The notes below the pieces were generated by a model that searched no databases, had not been told where the DNA came from, and saw only the letters and a list, made by a program, of their open reading frames with translations. A program made the translations under genes and the position numbers. Below are positions 58,522 through 64,000 of a DNA stretch of 64,000 nucleotides, piece after piece (position 1 is the first letter of the stretch; each line of letters begins with the position of its first letter). The stretch comes from Leptolyngbyaceae cyanobacterium (GTDB taxonomy: Bacteria > Cyanobacteriota > Cyanobacteriia > Phormidesmidales > Phormidesmidaceae). The DNA lies in NCBI GenBank assembly GCA_965263355.1, contig CBDHHL010000032.1:128001-192000 (forward strand), given 5' to 3'.

Positions 58522-59433
58522 ATGGATTGGCATACAGCGTTATTAATCGGTTTTGGCTTTTTAGGTGGAGTCGTGACCACCAGCCTCCGCCGAAAGCCTC
58601 AGGCTGAGGGTGCTGTTCCCACTTCTTCTTCCTCTATCCCGCCTGCTGACTCCTCCCTCACTGACGAAGCCCTCACCCCACCAACACCTACGCGTCAAGG
58701 TACGCCTCCCGACAACCCCCAAGCCCTTGCCTACGAGCGCTTAAGTCAGCTAGAACGCTTCAAAAGCGGTTTTCTTGCTCGTACAGCCCATGAGTTGCGA
58801 TCTCCCATCAACAGTGTCATTGGTTTACATCAACTGATTTTGGAAGGGCTGTGCGAAACCCCTGAGGAGGAAAAGCAATTTACAGCTGAGGCCAAAGAGG
58901 CTGCGTATAAAGTTTTACAGCTGTTTGATACCATCATTGCTGCATCCAAACTTGATATTGGTCGTGAAGTTCCCACTTTGGAGCCCATTGACTTAAAAAC
59001 GCTATTTAAAGCCTTGGAGGAACTCACCTGTTTACAAGCCGCAAATCAGAATGTAAGGCTAACGTTCAAACCCACCGATTTATCGGTGGCGAGTGATTTA
59101 AAGTGGTTGCAGATGATATTGATCAGTTTGATTGACGACGCCATTACGTCTACCAAGCTTGGTGATATTACGCTGGAAGCATTGGCCGATGGAGATCATG
59201 TATTATTGCGTCTAGAAGCGGATCGCCCAGTTAGTGATCTAAGTGTCAGATTAGATACTTCTCTCTATGGCCGTGAAGTTGATTTAAGTAATCTCTCCTC
59301 GGTTTATCTGTCTACAGGGTTAACCTTGGCCGTTGCCCAGGAAATGGTAAAAGCCCTTAATGGCAACCTGATTTTGCCAACACAAGAAGACATAATTCCT
59401 ATAATTACTGTGAAGCTACCGATGACTATATAG
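58522..59433 (+). CDS. Membrane-anchored histidine kinase-like protein with degenerate ATP-binding domain
   Basis: H-box FLARTAHELRSPIN intact; N-box reads SLIDDAI and no DxGxG G1 box is present. Confidence 0.75.
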   Translation: MDWHTALLIGFGFLGGVVTTSLRRKPQAEGAVPTSSSSIPPADSSLTDEALTPPTPTRQGTPPDNPQALAYERLSQLERFKSGFLARTAHELRSPINSVIGLHQLILEGLCETPEEEKQFTAEAKEAAYKVLQLFDTIIAASKLDIGREVPTLEPIDLKTLFKALEELTCLQAANQNVRLTFKPTDLSVASDLKWLQMILISLIDDAITSTKLGDITLEALADGDHVLLRLEADRPVSDLSVRLDTSLYGREVDLSNLSSVYLSTGLTLAVAQEMVKALNGNLILPTQEDIIPIITVKLPMTI

Positions 59434-59574
59434 GTCTGGAGCAAAACTTAACGTTAATATGTATAAGGTGACGAACACATAAGGCTGTGGCAGTGGTTCA
59501 AAAACTGCTTTATGGCTATATCAGGGTAGCGCTGAATTTTATAGATAACAACTATACAAAAACGGTATATTCTT

Positions 59575-61509
59575 TTGCCCCGTACTCAAAACGCTAATCT
59601 CACTAAGACAGTCTGTCGTGAGCAAACCTGCAGGCCGTACAAGATTTTGATTGTTGATGACCTCCCCAGCAATCTACGATTGTTGTCAACAGCGTTAGCT
59701 GAAGCTGGATATTCTGTTCGTAATGCCATCAGTGGAACTGGAGCAATTATGGATATTGCGACAGAGCGGCCTGATCTAATTCTCTTAGATATCAAAATGC
59801 CAGGCTTAGATGGGTTTGACGTATGTCGTCATCTGCATGGAGATGCGGTCACGGCAGATATTCCGGTTATTTTTATGAGTGCCATGGATAATGTGCCTGA
59901 AAAACAAAAGGCATTTTCTCTGGGCGGCGTAGATTACATTACCAAACCATTTCAAATTGCTGAAGTACTTGTTCGAATCGAGCATCAGCTAGAGTTGCGG
60001 CGTCTTAAACAAACGTTGAAAACTCAAAATCAAAAGCTACGTATCATTTTGCAGCAGTATGAAAGGGCTGAAACGCAAATCTACCAAATTAATCAAGAGC
60101 TGGAGCGACGGGTTTTAGAGCGCACTAAGGAACTCCATGAGACAAATCAAGCCCTGCAACAGGAAATCCATGACCGTCAACAGGCTCAGTCGCAGCTGGT
60201 GTATTTGGCTATGTACGATTCGCTAACAGGATTACCGAATCGTACTCTGTTGCTAAGACGTCTAGATGAAACAGTGCAGGCCAGTCAGTCTATGGGTAAT
60301 CAGTGGTCAGCGTTGTTGATGCTAGATTGCGATCGCTTTAAAACAGTTAACGATACGCTTGGTCATTTACGGGGGGATCGATTACTAATTGAAATTGCCC
60401 ATCGCATTAGCGTAATTATTCCTGACAATAGCTTTGCTGCCAGATTAGCAGATGATAAATTTGCTGTCCTATTGCCCTCGATGTGTGAACCGACGATTAT
60501 TTCGCAATTGGTACAGAGACTGCAGCAGCGATTAGGAGAACCAATAGATTTAGAAGACCATGAAGTTACGGTTAGTGCCAATATCGGTATAGTTCTGGTT
60601 GACCCTAGCTACCGTCAGGCAGAGCATGTACTACGGGATGGTTCCCTGGCCTTGATCCAAGCTAAACAAAAACCCCAGGGTTGGTTAGCATTTCAACCCG
60701 AAATGCATGAGCAGGCATTGCACCGTCTAACTTTGGAAGGGAAGTTGCGTCAAGCATTGCGTCAGGAACAACTGCAAATTTTTTACCAACCGATTGTTGC
60801 TTTGGCAGCTACGGACGCTACGGACGCTATTGTGGGGTACGAAGCTCTGGTTCGTTGGCAACCTGAGGGGACATCTGACTTTCTGTCACCGGCAGATTTT
60901 ATTCCCCTAGCAGAAGAGAGCGATCTTATTTCCCAGCTGGGCAACTGGGTCTTTTTGACCGTATGTGAACAGCTGAGGCAATGGCATCAGAGCTGTTCAT
61001 CAGCGTCGGTTCCGTTTGTCAGTGTGAACTTCTCAGTGCGTCATTTACAAGACGAGCAGTTTGCTCAACAAATTCATGCTGTTTTGCAACAGACCCAGGT
61101 AAATCCGGCCTGGCTCAAATTTGAAATTACGGAAAATCTATTGATAGGAGATACTGATCCAGTCTTAAGGACATTAGAGCAGCTTAGACGTTGGGGGATT
61201 CAAATTAGTATTGATGACTTTGGCACCGGATATTCATCTCTAAGCTATCTCAAACAACTGCCTGTGGATATGCTTAAAATTGACCGTGCATTTATCAAGG
61301 ATATTGAATCCAACCACGATAATCTCAAAATTGTTGTAGCGATTATAAAATTGGCCCAAGCCTTAAAGTTGGAAGTAGTTGCCGAAGGCATTGAAACGGC
61401 ATGGCAAGCTCAACAATTGAACAATTTAGGCTGCAGTTATGGTCAAGGGTATTGGTTTTCACAGCCCTTAGATAGTCAAGCTGTGTGGAGTTTGCTAGAC
61501 CTGAATTGA
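59575..61509 (+). CDS. Receiver-GGDEF(degenerate)-EAL protein, probable c-di-GMP phosphodiesterase
   Basis: REC (IVDD, LLDIKMP, KP); GGDEF site reads ADDKF; EAL motifs YEALVRW and DDFGTGYSSLSYL intact. Confidence 0.9.
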   Translation: MPRTQNANLTKTVCREQTCRPYKILIVDDLPSNLRLLSTALAEAGYSVRNAISGTGAIMDIATERPDLILLDIKMPGLDGFDVCRHLHGDAVTADIPVIFMSAMDNVPEKQKAFSLGGVDYITKPFQIAEVLVRIEHQLELRRLKQTLKTQNQKLRIILQQYERAETQIYQINQELERRVLERTKELHETNQALQQEIHDRQQAQSQLVYLAMYDSLTGLPNRTLLLRRLDETVQASQSMGNQWSALLMLDCDRFKTVNDTLGHLRGDRLLIEIAHRISVIIPDNSFAARLADDKFAVLLPSMCEPTIISQLVQRLQQRLGEPIDLEDHEVTVSANIGIVLVDPSYRQAEHVLRDGSLALIQAKQKPQGWLAFQPEMHEQALHRLTLEGKLRQALRQEQLQIFYQPIVALAATDATDAIVGYEALVRWQPEGTSDFLSPADFIPLAEESDLISQLGNWVFLTVCEQLRQWHQSCSSASVPFVSVNFSVRHLQDEQFAQQIHAVLQQTQVNPAWLKFEITENLLIGDTDPVLRTLEQLRRWGIQISIDDFGTGYSSLSYLKQLPVDMLKIDRAFIKDIESNHDNLKIVVAIIKLAQALKLEVVAEGIETAWQAQQLNNLGCSYGQGYWFSQPLDSQAVWSLLDLN

Positions 61510-61593
61510 GAATCGTTAAACTTACCTCTAAGCTGAAACCTGAAGTTTCCGCTACAGCAAAACGACAGGTTTGGGCGCGGGTTTATATCGGCT

Positions 61594-63342
61594 TTATCTA
61601 CCCCCACGAATACTTAGATAGCGATTATGCCGAATTGCCTCCATTGTTTCCTGAATATCTATCGGGGCATTGCCAAGAATTTTTAGTAGGTGAGAGCCTA
61701 ACTCCAGAGCTGCTTCAAATTCGGGTTGAACAACTTCTTGGGCACCGGCCTGGGTGAGGCTATCGATTTCAGCAGTGATGTGGGCCCTGGCGATGACAGC
61801 CAGATTTGGGGAGATCGCCAGGGCTCGCTTTAACAATAGTCGAGTACTGACTGGATCGGGCAAGGTAATGGCCAGGGCAATGGCCTTCTCTAGATGGGCT
61901 TTTTCTAAAATCTGTTCCGAGTCAGCATCGCCTAAGATATAGGGCAACTGGTGGTGGCGCAGGGTTTGGATGGCGGCCTCATTGTTTTCGAGCACTAAGA
62001 CAGGGTAATTGCCCTGTTGTTGCAAAATATTGACAACAACTTGCCCCACTCGACCATAGCCAGCTACCACAATATGATTAGTGAGTTCATCCTCAATCCA
62101 CAGGTCCTGAGGAGACTCCCAAATGGTTAGAAAGGGGTTGAGTTTGGGAGAAGATAGCAGAGCCTCGGCAATGGGTGTCGCAAACTTAAACAAAATCGGT
62201 GTGAACACCAGGGTGATGGCAGTTGTTCCCAACAAAAGTAGGTAGGTTTGTTCTGAAATTAAATTATTTTCTCGCCCCACCAGGGCCAAGACAAAGGAAA
62301 ATTCTCCAATTTGGTTAATGCCTAAACTGGCGCGAAGGGATGTTTTAAATGAATAGCCAAAGGATAACACCACTGGCAGCACAATCATGGCCTTGCCAAC
62401 CATCGCCAGGGCCACCAGGCCCAATATTATCCCCGCATTCTGGATCAAGATCTGCGGATCGACCAACATACCGATGGACGTAAAAAACAAACAGGCAAAG
62501 GTGTCTCTTAGGGGCAGAAACCGACTAAGGGCATGGTCGGCGTAGTCGATTTCGGCAATCATTAAACCAGCGGCAAAGGCTCCAATTTCAATGGAAAGGC
62601 CCAGGCGAGCGGTCACTAGGGCGACACTGAGACATAGGGCCAGCAATGTCAGTAAAAATAATTCGCTGCTTTCGGTCCGGGCAACGGCCCGGATCATGCG
62701 GGGAACAAACCAATAGCCAGCTGCGATCGCAACCCCGATAAATACCCCCACCTTTAGCAATGCCAGGCCTAAAATTGGCAGCATTGACCCTTGGGAGTTG
62801 AGGGAAGGAACAATGGCCAGCATCACACCCAGGGCCAGATCTTGGGCGATCAAAATCGCCAACATAATTTGACCATGGCGGGTATTGATTTCTCCTCGTT
62901 CTGTCAGGGTTTTGAGAACAACGGCAGTGGAGGATAGAGATAGAACCGCCCCCAGAAAGATACCCTGTACCCAATCGTTGGCCCAGCCCAACAGGCTGCT
63001 AATGGTAGCGACTGCAGCTGTGGTCAGCCCGATTTGAAGTAAACTCCCCTGCAGCGCTATGTTGCGGACCCGATTGAGTTCGGCTAGAGAAAACTGCACA
63101 CCTAAGGAAAAGAGTAAAAACGCTACCCCCAGTTCCGCCAGCCCCCGAATGGTATCGGTATCGTTGAGCAGTTGTAGGCCTAGGGGGCCGATTACCAGAC
63201 CGGCAAGCAAATAGCCCAGTAGCACCGGCTGACGTAATCGATTGGCCAGGTATCCCCCCATAGCAGATGCTCCGAGAGTCACCGTTAAGTCCAAAATAAA
63301 TCCATTGTCTGCCGCCATATATGTCCTTGATAATCTAACCAA
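61594..63342 (-). CDS. CPA2 cation:proton antiporter with TrkA-N domain
   Basis: SLSSTAVVLK, LIAQDL, QIGEFSFV and GYGRVG motifs; start may be ATG 63318. Confidence 0.9.
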   Translation of the reverse strand: MVRLSRTYMAADNGFILDLTVTLGASAMGGYLANRLRQPVLLGYLLAGLVIGPLGLQLLNDTDTIRGLAELGVAFLLFSLGVQFSLAELNRVRNIALQGSLLQIGLTTAAVATISSLLGWANDWVQGIFLGAVLSLSSTAVVLKTLTERGEINTRHGQIMLAILIAQDLALGVMLAIVPSLNSQGSMLPILGLALLKVGVFIGVAIAAGYWFVPRMIRAVARTESSELFLLTLLALCLSVALVTARLGLSIEIGAFAAGLMIAEIDYADHALSRFLPLRDTFACLFFTSIGMLVDPQILIQNAGIILGLVALAMVGKAMIVLPVVLSFGYSFKTSLRASLGINQIGEFSFVLALVGRENNLISEQTYLLLLGTTAITLVFTPILFKFATPIAEALLSSPKLNPFLTIWESPQDLWIEDELTNHIVVAGYGRVGQVVVNILQQQGNYPVLVLENNEAAIQTLRHHQLPYILGDADSEQILEKAHLEKAIALAITLPDPVSTRLLLKRALAISPNLAVIARAHITAEIDSLTQAGAQEVVQPEFEAALELGSHLLKILGNAPIDIQETMEAIRHNRYLSIRGGR

Positions 63343-63488
63343 TTTCTCTGACTTACTCTACTGGAGTTTGAGAAAACTGGGTTAATATGGTTGTTGTCGG
63401 TAGTGAAGACACCCCCTGGCAGGGAAAGTCTCTCAAGAATTTGAAACGGTTATTGCCTAGCTTGGAAATTGTTTTAACGTAGGGATAT

Positions 63489-63701
63489 TATACGAAATCC
63501 TGCCTGATAGCGCCCGGTATCGAAGGGCATCCACAAGGGAGTGCCCCTACAGGATTGTCCATTTTGAATCGGGTTTAAGGGCACCTCTATTTATTCAGAT
63601 TCTGTTGAAATCACGAATGTATTTTCAAAGTTTTCAGCAGCTCAAATGGTGAGAATAGGTAATTAATCGAGGTGCCTTTAATGAATTCAGATTTGGTATT
63701 A
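63489..63701. mobile_element. MITE family A, copy 4, containing a nested MITE
   Basis: TATACGAAATCC...GATTTGGTATTA, colinear with copies 1 and 2 except for a 103-bp insertion. Confidence 0.8.
63579..63677. mobile_element. Nested MITE (family C) at a TTAA/TA target
   Basis: TIRs GGCACCTCTATTTATT / AATTAATCGAGGTGCC with TTAA on both sides; empty site GGGTTTAATGAATTC is seen in copy 2. Confidence 0.85.
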
Positions 63702-63723
63702 GATAGGTAATGACATTACATGC

Positions 63724-63751
63724 GTAGGGGCATTGCGTGCAATGCCCCTAC
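63724..63751. repeat. Palindromic GTAG REP-like element overlapping a stop codon
   Basis: GTAGGGGCATTGC-GT-GCAATGCCCCTAC; its minus-strand GTAG supplies the TAG of the gene ending at 63748. Confidence 0.75.
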
Positions 63752-64000
63752 TTTCGGGTAAATGCCCAAACACCATCCCAGGGTTTGGGCATTGTCTCCT
63801 GGGCCAGTTGCTGAATACGCTCTATATAAAACTGTACGGTTTTATCATTGGGATTAATTTTTAGGATGGCTTCAAAGCATGCCATTGCCTTATTCCAGTC
63901 TCCTTCCTGGTAAAAATGTCGACCCTGCTGATACATGGGCAAGGTTTCTAATTTCAAACGACGCATTGTCTCAACATCGGCGTTGAGCACTTCATAGATG
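63748..64000 (-). CDS. 3' end of probable class III adenylate/guanylate cyclase (TPR-like tail), partial
   Basis: IYEVLNAD...YQQGRHFYQEGDWNKAMACFE...NPNDK...PWDGVW resembles the usual C-terminus after a cyclase domain; the catalytic domain lies outside the window. Confidence 0.65.
   Translation of the reverse strand, partial: IYEVLNADVETMRRLKLETLPMYQQGRHFYQEGDWNKAMACFEAILKINPNDKTVQFYIERIQQLAQETMPKPWDGVWAFTRK

Noticed and set aside
427..62974. Numerous short ORFs antisense or out-of-frame within long genes (e.g. 427-702, 13632-14081, 50091-50561, 62588-62974)
   Set aside because: Shadow ORFs of well-supported genes, with no RBS or motif support.

Overview
Chromosomal window from a filamentous cyanobacterium, Leptolyngbya/Nodosilinea-like judging by protein sequences and frequent HIP1 GCGATCGC octamers. 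All gene calls are motif recognition by eye; no database search was run. Most of it is housekeeping or conserved cyanobacterial genes: the crtD 3' end, a divergent clpC paralogue, dusB, nagB-like, moeA, pepP, gor, an aldehyde dehydrogenase, ManS-like and SphS-like kinases, rodZ, murQ, tsaC, a CPA2 antiporter, several glycosyltransferases and the 3' end of a class III cyclase. I saw no CRISPR array, rRNA, tRNA or intact transposase. The most interesting items are mostly absent from the ORF track. (1) A 59-aa double-glycine-leader peptide (11985-12164) carries two identical TRLEHLDNQTK units that differ only by synonymous changes, a candidate orphan multicore RiPP or secreted signal. (2) A 56-aa DUF4278-like gene lies behind a glnA-class glutamine riboswitch, with an NtcA site over its -10 box. 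(3) An AT-rich, apparently HIP1-free kinase / Tat-lipoprotein solute-binding protein / kinase cassette has no transporter or response regulator. (4) A DUF2330 protein has a pilin-like transmembrane insert and an ankyrin tail. (5) Several MITE and REP families are present, including a MITE nested in another MITE and one copy that truncates a DUF2314 gene.
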